Origin: Gemmatimonadales bacterium
Lineage (GTDB): Bacteria; Gemmatimonadota; Gemmatimonadetes; Gemmatimonadales; GWC2-71-9
Direction: 5' to 3'
Length of the DNA stretch: 64,000 bases
Assembly (NCBI GenBank): GCA_041615815.1
Contig: JBFJCP010000001.1
Location: 64,001-128,000 of the forward strand
Positions within the stretch are counted from its first letter, which is position 1. Each line of letters starts with the position of its first letter. Under the pieces are notes generated by a model, which had not been told where the DNA came from, did not search any database, and was given only the letters and a program-made list of their open reading frames with translations. The position numbers and the translations under genes were made by a program. This document shows positions 41,992 to 50,066 of the stretch, in pieces.

Positions 41992-42783
41992 GTGAGTTCC
42001 CCCGCGAAACGCGAGGTCGCGACCTCGGCTCGAAGCAGACGGAGGGGCATTACCGAGCGGCTGAGGAGACACGCACCGCCGCGCCGTGGGCCTCTCTTCC
42101 GGCTTTTTTGGCCGATCACGGCCTATCTGCTCACCAACATCACGGTCACGTTCTTCTGGGTCGTATTCCGGGTGTTCAATCGGACCGTGGTCACGGGCTT
42201 GGAACACATCGACGACGAGCCCAACACGATGTTACTGTCGAATCATCAGTCCATGATCGACAGCTTCTTGGTGGGCCTCGTCGCCTATTTCCCACGGGCC
42301 ATGTGGAAACCGCATCTCTTGCCGTGGAATCCGGCCGCCGAAGAGAATTTTTACAGGACGCCCGTGTTACGATGGTTTGCAGACAACTGGAAGTGCATTC
42401 CCATCAAGGAGGGCCGGCGAGACCTGCACGCTCTCCACCGAATGCTGCAGGTATTGCCTGCGGGGGTCATGACCCTCTTCCCCGAGGGCACACGCACGCG
42501 AGATGGCTCGGTGGGCCGCGGCCGACCGGGGGCAGGGCTCGTGATCCTCGGAAGCCGCCCCAAAGTCATTCCCGTCGCCATTGACGGGATGCAGGACGTC
42601 TTACCGATTGGGGCGGTGCTGCCCCGGTTGTTCAAACGGATCTACGTGGCGTACGGCGAGCCGCTCGATTACGCCGACCTTCTCAACAAGCCCCGCTCAC
42701 GCGAAACTGCCCAGGAGGTCGTGGACCGCGCGATGGACGCGGTTCGCCGCAAGCTCGAGGAAATCAGGCGTGATCGGCGGTAG
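41992..42783 (+). CDS. Lysophospholipid acyltransferase (PlsC family)
   Basis: SNHQSMID (HxxxxD), FPEGTRT, VIPVAI. Confidence 0.9.
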   Translation: MSSPAKREVATSARSRRRGITERLRRHAPPRRGPLFRLFWPITAYLLTNITVTFFWVVFRVFNRTVVTGLEHIDDEPNTMLLSNHQSMIDSFLVGLVAYFPRAMWKPHLLPWNPAAEENFYRTPVLRWFADNWKCIPIKEGRRDLHALHRMLQVLPAGVMTLFPEGTRTRDGSVGRGRPGAGLVILGSRPKVIPVAIDGMQDVLPIGAVLPRLFKRIYVAYGEPLDYADLLNKPRSRETAQEVVDRAMDAVRRKLEEIRRDRR

Positions 42784-44356
42784 CTGCCGCCGCAACTTGC
42801 GTAGCCGGTTGCGGCTTGATGCCGTCTCCATTCACCTTCTTGAGATAGGCGGTCGGATCGTGCAGCAGCGATCCTTCGGGCAGGTACTCCCAGAGCGCTC
42901 CAAGGTCGCTCTTCATGCGCTCGATGTAGAATGACGGGATCTGCGTCGTCTCTCCTTCGAAAAAGCGGCGCGTCGGGCCGTCGGTTGCGAGGAGCTGTTT
43001 GATCTTCTTGTAGTACTTGATGCGTCCGAATCCCTCGGAAGACACTGCCCGAAGAAGGTTGATCCAGCGCGAAAATCCCCGCCTCGTCCCGCGCGCTCGC
43101 CGCACGATGTTCTTCCAGGAAAACGAGTATTGGGTCAGATCGATGACGTGATCGTAAAACTCCCCCCACTCGTAGTTCCTGGGCTCGACATTCATCGCCT
43201 GATTGTTGTTCAAGAAGTGGAACGGGAACGGGCGGACTCGCCCGGCGCGTTGAAACTCGAGGTTGAGGGGTGCGGCCTCTCCAAACGCGGACAAGAGTGA
43301 ATAGCCCGGGAATGCGCCGGGTGTCTTGTCGATGAATTGCTTGGTGAGCTCGAACGGCTCCGGTCCCTCATCCACGTCGAGACCCAGGACGAAATTGGTT
43401 TGGACGTAAGGGATGTATTCCAATATCATGTTTACGTGGTCGGAGACCTGTTGCACCTTCTCGAGACCACGCTTCTTTCCCGTCTTGGACTTGCCACCCA
43501 AATCGTACCATGACTCGATCCCCGGGAGCATCACCTTGAAGCCCGCGGCGCTCAGGCGCTGCAAGTTCGCTTCCTTGAGGAGGGAGAGACTGCTCTCCGC
43601 GGCGAACGTCAGCGTCCCGGGACGGATGGCATCTTCGATCGCGCTCATGTAGTCGTCGAAGCGAACGCCGAAGTTCGGATCGTGCCAGCCGATCCAGGCG
43701 TTCGGCATACGGTCGACGAGGAAACGCAGGTCCTCACGAATCTGGTCGTAGTCCAACGGCTGATAATCGACCACCGAATCGATGCAGAAGCTGCACGTGT
43801 AGGGACACCCGAGACTGCCGATCATCGGGATGCCTTTGATCGGTGTCGGTGATTTGGCGATGGTGTGTTCGATGAAGCGCCAACGCTCTCGCACACCTGG
43901 CAATGTCTGGGGTTGCCGCGGCGCACTGAGGTGCAGCCCCATGGGGCGATGGGGTGCGCAATCGCGCAAGATCTCGTCGATGATCGCCTTATCGGTGAAC
44001 CCGACGACGTAATCGAAGTACTTCCGGGCATCCTCGGGGTAGCACCGCGCGTGCGGCCCGCCGAGAACCGTGACCGCCCCCCGCTGCCGAAACAGATTGC
44101 TCAGGGCATACGACAGCTGAGCCGCCTGGCTGAAGGCGCCGATGAAGAGCAGATCCATGTCCGCGGGAAACGCTTCGAGGAGATCCTCCGACCCGGTGAA
44201 GCACTCGAAAGTGACGTGATGGCCCGCCTCCTCGCACCAGACGCCCACGGCTTGTGGCATGATGCTGGCCAAATTCGGGTGCATCAGGCGGCCGTACAGC
44301 GCTTTGGTGGGTCCCTTCGTGACGAGGTCGAGGATACCGATCCGTAGTCGTCGCAC
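42764..44356 (-). CDS. Cobalamin-binding radical SAM protein
   Basis: N-terminal B12-binding Rossmann domain (TVLGGPHA), GCPYTCSFC, GIES, NFVLGLD. Confidence 0.88.
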   Translation of the reverse strand: MRRLRIGILDLVTKGPTKALYGRLMHPNLASIMPQAVGVWCEEAGHHVTFECFTGSEDLLEAFPADMDLLFIGAFSQAAQLSYALSNLFRQRGAVTVLGGPHARCYPEDARKYFDYVVGFTDKAIIDEILRDCAPHRPMGLHLSAPRQPQTLPGVRERWRFIEHTIAKSPTPIKGIPMIGSLGCPYTCSFCIDSVVDYQPLDYDQIREDLRFLVDRMPNAWIGWHDPNFGVRFDDYMSAIEDAIRPGTLTFAAESSLSLLKEANLQRLSAAGFKVMLPGIESWYDLGGKSKTGKKRGLEKVQQVSDHVNMILEYIPYVQTNFVLGLDVDEGPEPFELTKQFIDKTPGAFPGYSLLSAFGEAAPLNLEFQRAGRVRPFPFHFLNNNQAMNVEPRNYEWGEFYDHVIDLTQYSFSWKNIVRRARGTRRGFSRWINLLRAVSSEGFGRIKYYKKIKQLLATDGPTRRFFEGETTQIPSFYIERMKSDLGALWEYLPEGSLLHDPTAYLKKVNGDGIKPQPATQVAAAATADHA

Positions 44357-44457
44357 TGAAACCCCTATGAGGTCAAAGGATGGGCGAAAGGTTCACCACC
44401 GCAGCGGCGAAAGCAACCCCGGCTTGACGATGCTCCCACGGGACCGCACGATCACGC

Positions 44458-45162
44458 ATGGCCGAGCGGCTCGTACGCTACCGATGGAACGTCGCCGTGG
44501 TCGAGGTGGCGGCACCCGGAGCACCGTTCCGTGCCCTGGAACGTATCATCCGCCAAGGCATCGGCCCGGCCACGAGCGATCCGGTCTTTCAGGAGCATGC
44601 GGTGGCTTTCGCCGTCTCGAAGACCGCCGAGCCAACGGCCGAAGACCGGGTCCGGGGCTGGGTTGATCTGACCGCTGTCGCGCCGTCCGACTCGCCGATC
44701 CGCGGGGCGGTGCAGCGCCATCTGGGCGATCTCGGCGCCATCGAGGAGCCGCCATCGGATGCTGACCCGCTCCTGCTGCCCCAGGCCGCGGAGTATCGCC
44801 GCGGCCTCACTGACATGGTGGCCATCGCCTTGGACCTGCATGGCGCGGATCCGACCACGCTGCGGGCGCATCAAGGTGAGCTGCTCCAAGTGGCGTGCAG
44901 CGCTACCGATCCCCGGTTCCAGCTCCACCCGTATCTCTCGGAGCACAGCAAGGTCTACCGTGCCCGCACTGGCGTGCCGCCGGACGGGAGTAGCTGGTCC
45001 TGGGAGCACGAGGAGTGTTGGGCCCGATTCTACACTCCCGGACCGATGGCGACGCTCGCGGCCCCCATCTACGCCCTGCTGAACGTGGTGCTCGGCATCG
45101 TCCCGCGGCGCTGGGACCGCCCGGACGCGCTGGCGGCACGCATCGATATCCCCCTGCCGTGA
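44458..45162 (+). CDS. Hypothetical protein
   Basis: 234-aa ORF fills the gap between the two rSAM genes; TTGACG(44424)-N17-CACGAT promoter-like element ends 5 nt before the ATG. Confidence 0.6.
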   Translation: MAERLVRYRWNVAVVEVAAPGAPFRALERIIRQGIGPATSDPVFQEHAVAFAVSKTAEPTAEDRVRGWVDLTAVAPSDSPIRGAVQRHLGDLGAIEEPPSDADPLLLPQAAEYRRGLTDMVAIALDLHGADPTTLRAHQGELLQVACSATDPRFQLHPYLSEHSKVYRARTGVPPDGSSWSWEHEECWARFYTPGPMATLAAPIYALLNVVLGIVPRRWDRPDALAARIDIPLP

Positions 45163-45226
45163 GGCCCGAGCGCCGACCGGACGGGCCGTGGACCCCGAAG
45201 GTCAGAGGCTCAAAGGGCGAGCGCGC

Positions 45227-46702
45227 TCAGGCCACCTTGGATACGAGGCGACGTTGGTCGGACCGCCCGTTCCCACCCTCCCGCCGGGGCGCTCGCACGC
45301 GGACCGGTGGCTTGAGGTACGCCTTCGGCTGCCGCATTTCAGAGACGGCGCTGTACACCCGTCGCATACACCAGAGCTTGCCACCCACCGCCATGCGCGC
45401 GGCCTTGAAGAGCATGGGGACCGTCAGCCGCGTCGTCTTGACCGTGAGATCGTACAGCTGCGCCAAGCGCTCGTAGAACTGCTCGAGCGGCAGCCGCGTT
45501 GGCAGGACGGCATGAATCACGTCGTAGTACCCATAGTCATGCGTCGTGAGCTCGTGCTGCCGCTCCTTGTAGAGCTCGGTTCCCGGGAGCGGGGTGAGAA
45601 CGGTAAACGCGGGATTGGGCAGCTCGTAGCGTCGGATGTATTCCTCGAGCCGATCGAACCCCTGCTCGTCCCAATCCGGATCTGTGATAAACGAGGTCAG
45701 GGGCGTGATCCCAGCGTCCTTGAGGATCTGGATCGCTTCGACATTGGCGTCCGCACCACCCTTGGTCCGTTTCCGCACGGACTTGAGGCCATCGTCGTCG
45801 ATTTTCTCGACGCCGAGAAAGACCGTATGGAGCCCCGCTCGCTTCCAGAGAGGGAACAGATCACGATACTTGATGACCAGGTCGCAGCGAGTCTCACACG
45901 TGTATTTCTTCTCCATCCCCGACGCGATGATGCGCTCGGCCATCTCTTTGTAGGACTCGTAGTGCAGGAATGCGATGTCGTCGGTGAAGAACACCTCGTA
46001 TTCGTCGATGGCTTCGAGCTCGGCCACGATCGCTTCCGGTGAACGGCGGCGCGCGCGACGCTGGTAAAAGACCCAGACGCTGCAGAAGTTGCAGTCGAAC
46101 GGGCACCCCCGGGACGTTTCGACGCTGGCCGACGGTGAGGCCTGACCGTGATGGTACCACTTGCGATATTGCGCGGTCAGGGACCGATCGGGAGCGGGGA
46201 CGGTGTCGAACCCCTGCAGGGCGCTCTGATGCCGAAAGCCGTCCTCGCGGTTCTTCCAGGTCATGACACCGGGCACCGCGTCGATGGGGGTCCGATGCCG
46301 CATGGCTTCGATCAGATCGGCGGCAGGACGCTCGCCCTCCCCAATCACTACGCCATCCACGGGGGAGTTCGGGTGAAAGAAGTCGCTTGGCACCAGGGAG
46401 GCGTGGTGCCCGCCAACGATGATGGGAAGGTCGGGCCGGCGTTCCTTGACAAAATGCGCGACCTCGAGACTCGGGTAGACGTCGGTGGTGAACGAGCAGC
46501 TTATGCCCACGACGTCGGGCGGATCGTCGAGGGTGGAATCGAGATTTTCCCAAGTGTCGATACGGAGATCGATCAGTTCAGCCTCGACTCCCCGTTGCCG
46601 AACGGCCGCCCCCACACATTCCAAGCCAAGTGGCTCCACGCGGAGTATGCGGGTGAGTCCGAAGCGTGTTCCCTGGGGCGGCTGGACGAGAAGCATTTTC
46701 AT
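45227..46702 (-). CDS. Cobalamin-binding radical SAM protein (HpnR-like lipid methylase family)
   Basis: EPLGLE, VGGHHAS, GEGE, SRGCPFDCNFC, FLGVE, DPDWD, TPLPGT, HAVLPTRLPL; GGAG before ATG 46702. Confidence 0.88.
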   Translation of the reverse strand: MKMLLVQPPQGTRFGLTRILRVEPLGLECVGAAVRQRGVEAELIDLRIDTWENLDSTLDDPPDVVGISCSFTTDVYPSLEVAHFVKERRPDLPIIVGGHHASLVPSDFFHPNSPVDGVVIGEGERPAADLIEAMRHRTPIDAVPGVMTWKNREDGFRHQSALQGFDTVPAPDRSLTAQYRKWYHHGQASPSASVETSRGCPFDCNFCSVWVFYQRRARRRSPEAIVAELEAIDEYEVFFTDDIAFLHYESYKEMAERIIASGMEKKYTCETRCDLVIKYRDLFPLWKRAGLHTVFLGVEKIDDDGLKSVRKRTKGGADANVEAIQILKDAGITPLTSFITDPDWDEQGFDRLEEYIRRYELPNPAFTVLTPLPGTELYKERQHELTTHDYGYYDVIHAVLPTRLPLEQFYERLAQLYDLTVKTTRLTVPMLFKAARMAVGGKLWCMRRVYSAVSEMRQPKAYLKPPVRVRAPRREGGNGRSDQRRLVSKVA

Positions 46703-46932
46703 GGCGGGGCACTCCAGGGCAAAGAGTGTCACAGGCCGGGTGCCGGCGATGGGTCCAAAGGGGTGATGACACCATCGCCAGTCGCTCAGGCGCTGCGTCA
46801 ATGACAGAGGCCGGTCGGACGTGAGAATGTCACGCACCGACCGGCCCGGTCTCTAGGTTACGTTCTCACCGATCGAGAGAACGTAGGACTATTGCTCCAC
46901 TTCCCGAGTTCGGCGGACGGCGGCGTGCCAGC

Positions 46933-48792
46933 TCAATGACATCCACACGCGCCGTCGCCGTTGCCGGCCCCAACGCCGGCAGCCACGACTGGAAGCGACC
47001 GGCTCGTCTTGCCGGGAAGGTCCATGGGGCGGTTCCCCGCGTAGATCTTGTGTCGGCTGCGGGTCTTGAACCAGTCCTTCGTAGTGGCCACCATGTGCAT
47101 GTTCTCCACCACCTGGCGCCAGCCCACGCCAGTGTTGTAGGCGCAGAAGGAGATCTCACCCTCCTGGGTGGCGTAGGGGATCACACACATCTCGGTGCGG
47201 CGAAAATCGTACGTCCACAGATCCTGGAACCACATGCCGCCGATCCACATGAGCTTCCACTCGGGTGGCGGCGGCTTCTTCCCACCGGTAAAGGCGCCAC
47301 CCATCTTGCGATTGAAGAGTCTCGCGAACTCTTTGAGGTCGAATCCTGGAGGTGCCTTGGACTGATCGAAGTTCCGTAGTACCGCCATGCCCACCTGCGC
47401 AACCGTGAGCTTCTTGCCCCGCGCCGTATCGCAGATGACCGACACATCCTTCATGAACTGCCAGACGTTGAAGAACTGCGTGAGGGGGGCCCACTCCTTG
47501 GTCCGCTCGTTCACGGTGAGCAACACCGAAGAACCGCAGTTGGGGTGACACGAGCAATTGAGACCCCCGAAGTCGACGTCCGAGCCCCGGATGTGGTCCG
47601 CCAGTGCCGTGAAGGCACCCATGGCCCCGAGCGGATACCAGTCGCGGTACGGATCGATCTTCCCGTCGTAGTAACGGTGCAGCTCGTGCGCCAGATGCGA
47701 AATGGTGTAGCGCTGCGCGTGACGGTCTTCGTCGCTGATATCCTCGTCGCGGCCCGTGAACGACACGGGCTGGAAGGACACGCCACCCATCTTGTCCGAG
47801 TTCTCGATGACGAAATCGAGAATCGGTCCCACCTGGGTGTCGTTGATCGTATTGACGACGGTGGTGACCGGCGTGATATCGATGCCAGCGGCGGCCATGT
47901 GCTCGACGGCCATCCGCTTGGCATCGAACAGGTTCGTGATTTGCCGGTGTTGGTTGGACTCGTTGGTGACGCCATCGAACTGGAAGTACGCCATATCGAG
48001 GCCGGCTTCCTTGGCCTGGAAAGCGTATTCCGGCTCCAGCGCGAATCGCAGCCCGTTAGTGGCCGCCTGGACGGTGTAGTAACCCACTTTTTTTGCGTAG
48101 GCACAGGCTTCCAGGAAGTGCGGTGACATGGTGGGTTCGCCGCCGGAAAACTGCACGGACATCTGTCGGCGCGGCTTGAACGAAATAGACGTATCCAGGA
48201 TTTCCTTGATGTCCTCCATCGAGAGCTCGTGGACGTAGCCCACCTGATTGGCGTCCATGAAGCACGGGTTGCACATCATGTTGCATCGGTTGGTGAGGTC
48301 GATCGTGAGCACGGCACCCCGACCGTACCGAATCGATGATGTCCCGTGTCGGTGGATCAGCGCATCCTCCGCGGTCCGAAAGTCGCGGCCGGGATAGCGC
48401 TCCTCGATGAGCTCGCTGAACTTGGCGTCGATGCTGAGTACGTCGACAAACTCCCCGTGCACGGGGCAGGTCTTCCGCATCAGAATCTGACCGTCTTCCT
48501 CGACGATGGTCGCCCGGATCTCGCCCGGGTGCCCATGGACCAACTCGGCGAGATCCCGATCGCCCCTGATAATGGCTTCTCGCGTCTCCTTGACGCATCG
48601 GGGGCAGAGCGAATCGGTCTCCCGCGGCCATCCGAGCGGCGGACGGCTGCGCTCGTAACTCTTGAGCAACGGCCCGGGAGCCCACTGTGGATGGATCGAC
48701 TCGTTCTCGGGAACTCGGGTGTTGACGGACTGGAACGCCCGCCACCCGAGATCGGCTGCGTGGCGGATCGCGGCCGCCAGTACTTCGCTCAT
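46933..48792 (-). CDS. tes: Tetraether lipid synthase (Tes/GDGT-MAS)-like radical SAM protein
   Basis: TDSLCPRC...KTCPVHGEF, DLTNRCNMMCNPCF, VQFSGGEPT, ATNG, YFQFDG, FQPVSFTGR, SCHPNCG, MWFQD, CVIPYAT...SFCAYN; GGAGG before ATG 48792. Confidence 0.82.
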   Translation of the reverse strand: MSEVLAAAIRHAADLGWRAFQSVNTRVPENESIHPQWAPGPLLKSYERSRPPLGWPRETDSLCPRCVKETREAIIRGDRDLAELVHGHPGEIRATIVEEDGQILMRKTCPVHGEFVDVLSIDAKFSELIEERYPGRDFRTAEDALIHRHGTSSIRYGRGAVLTIDLTNRCNMMCNPCFMDANQVGYVHELSMEDIKEILDTSISFKPRRQMSVQFSGGEPTMSPHFLEACAYAKKVGYYTVQAATNGLRFALEPEYAFQAKEAGLDMAYFQFDGVTNESNQHRQITNLFDAKRMAVEHMAAAGIDITPVTTVVNTINDTQVGPILDFVIENSDKMGGVSFQPVSFTGRDEDISDEDRHAQRYTISHLAHELHRYYDGKIDPYRDWYPLGAMGAFTALADHIRGSDVDFGGLNCSCHPNCGSSVLLTVNERTKEWAPLTQFFNVWQFMKDVSVICDTARGKKLTVAQVGMAVLRNFDQSKAPPGFDLKEFARLFNRKMGGAFTGGKKPPPPEWKLMWIGGMWFQDLWTYDFRRTEMCVIPYATQEGEISFCAYNTGVGWRQVVENMHMVATTKDWFKTRSRHKIYAGNRPMDLPGKTSRSLPVVAAGVGAGNGDGACGCH

Positions 48793-48925
48793 GGCACCTC
48801 CAGATGGGAGCAAAGTGTCTTACGACGCCTGACCCCACCCCTCCGGCGCTTGCTGCGGCTGTACCAGGGCGCCGACCGGAGAAAATCGGCACGCAGGGCG
48901 GGTGGTTTTCATAAGGGGCGCACGG

Positions 48926-48955
48926 TGAGAATGGTTCCCACGGTACGCCCTGCAA
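48926..48955 (-). promoter_or_regulatory. Candidate tes promoter overlapped by a Fur-like 7-1-7 palindrome
   Basis: TTGCAG-N16-CATTCT on minus strand; TGAGAAT-G-GTTCCCA at 48926-48940. Confidence 0.35.
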
Positions 48956-48989
48956 ACTTGCCCGAGTATGACGCTTAGCACCCCTCGCG

Positions 48990-50060
48990 TCAAGGCCCGG
49001 GTTGGCTCTGCGGAACGGCCGCGGGAAGGGGTATTCCCGCCTCGAAAAGACGCCGTTCGACCTCGGGCGCTAACCGCGCGCTCGGCTCGACCCACCGTAG
49101 CCCTTCGCCGAGCAGCGCACGCATCCGTTGCTGTGTTGTGCGGCCCGTTACGTCGTCGAATTTCGACGCGAGCCCTTGGAGCCATGGCGCCGACGCCACG
49201 AGCTTCGTGGCGCCCACTTCCGATGGTTGGGTGTGCGGCCGGCCCGAGGGGAGCGTGAGCACGCTTTGGCCGTCGCCGACATAGGTATACCAGGCCATCC
49301 GCACCGTGGGTGTCACACCCACCGCTTCGAACAACACGACGTCCTCCGCCTGCGGAGCACACTGCAACACCCGGTCTCGAACGAAATCGATTGCGTCGCC
49401 ATGGCTGAATTCCACGCGGTCCAACGTCCCGTCCGCACGAGCGGCGTAATGGATCCCTGCCACGTCGTCGGGCTCGGCCTTCCGGGCCTCACCGCGCCAA
49501 TTCTGCGCCCGCTCCGGGGTATCGAGGACCTGCGATCGATCCCACAGAAACCCGTGGCCCACGATACCGTTGGTTCCCTCGTCGCTTCGGTCGGGTAGGA
49601 TGATGGTGTCCGGAATGCCCGCCGCCTGCCGAAGGGCGAGTAGTCGCGTCGCACTGACCGCATCGGTGGCCACGGCAACCCGGGCACCGCTGTCGCGCAC
49701 GGCCTCGCCCAACTGGTCGTCGGAGAGATCGTGCGACAGCCCCACCGGAACGCCCCGGAGTCCCTGTACGGCAAAATCGACGTAGAGCCACATCGGCCGT
49801 AACGGTCCGAATACAGCCACGCGGTCCTCCGCACCGACCTGGAGATTCCCACTGAGAAAGAGGGCAACCCGAATCACCTGGCGATCGAATCGCCAATCGG
49901 GATCGCTGACCCATTGCTCGTCCGCCCAATGCCGAACGACGGCGGGACGTGCGTGCTCGCGCATGGCGAGATAGAACAGGGCATTGACCGTTTCCGGAAT
50001 GGTGTGGAGCGGTCGAACCTCACGGTCCCGCGCCTCACCGGTCGTGATATACAGCAGCAT
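48990..50060 (-). CDS. Degenerate, truncated long-chain acyl-CoA synthetase-like (AMP-binding N-domain) protein
   Basis: EDRVAVFG...WLYVDFAVQ...VPVGL...DSGARV and PDDVAGIHY follow the FadD pattern; P-loop not conserved; ends before the GYG motif. Confidence 0.7.
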   Translation of the reverse strand: MLLYITTGEARDREVRPLHTIPETVNALFYLAMREHARPAVVRHWADEQWVSDPDWRFDRQVIRVALFLSGNLQVGAEDRVAVFGPLRPMWLYVDFAVQGLRGVPVGLSHDLSDDQLGEAVRDSGARVAVATDAVSATRLLALRQAAGIPDTIILPDRSDEGTNGIVGHGFLWDRSQVLDTPERAQNWRGEARKAEPDDVAGIHYAARADGTLDRVEFSHGDAIDFVRDRVLQCAPQAEDVVLFEAVGVTPTVRMAWYTYVGDGQSVLTLPSGRPHTQPSEVGATKLVASAPWLQGLASKFDDVTGRTTQQRMRALLGEGLRWVEPSARLAPEVERRLFEAGIPLPAAVPQSQPGP

Positions 50061-50066
50061 CTGGAC

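Noticed and set aside
45227..46702. Firm call as hopanoid C-3 methylase hpnR
   Set aside because: Similarity is family-level only and no hopanoid genes are nearby; symbol withheld.
46703..46932. Cobalamin or SAM riboswitch upstream of the B12 radical SAM gene
   Set aside because: No B12-box or SAM riboswitch core recognised; kept only as unassigned hairpins.
48820..49362. Frameshifted C-terminal continuation of the acyl-CoA ligase-like gene
   Set aside because: Alternative frames show no GYG, TGD or lid-domain motifs.
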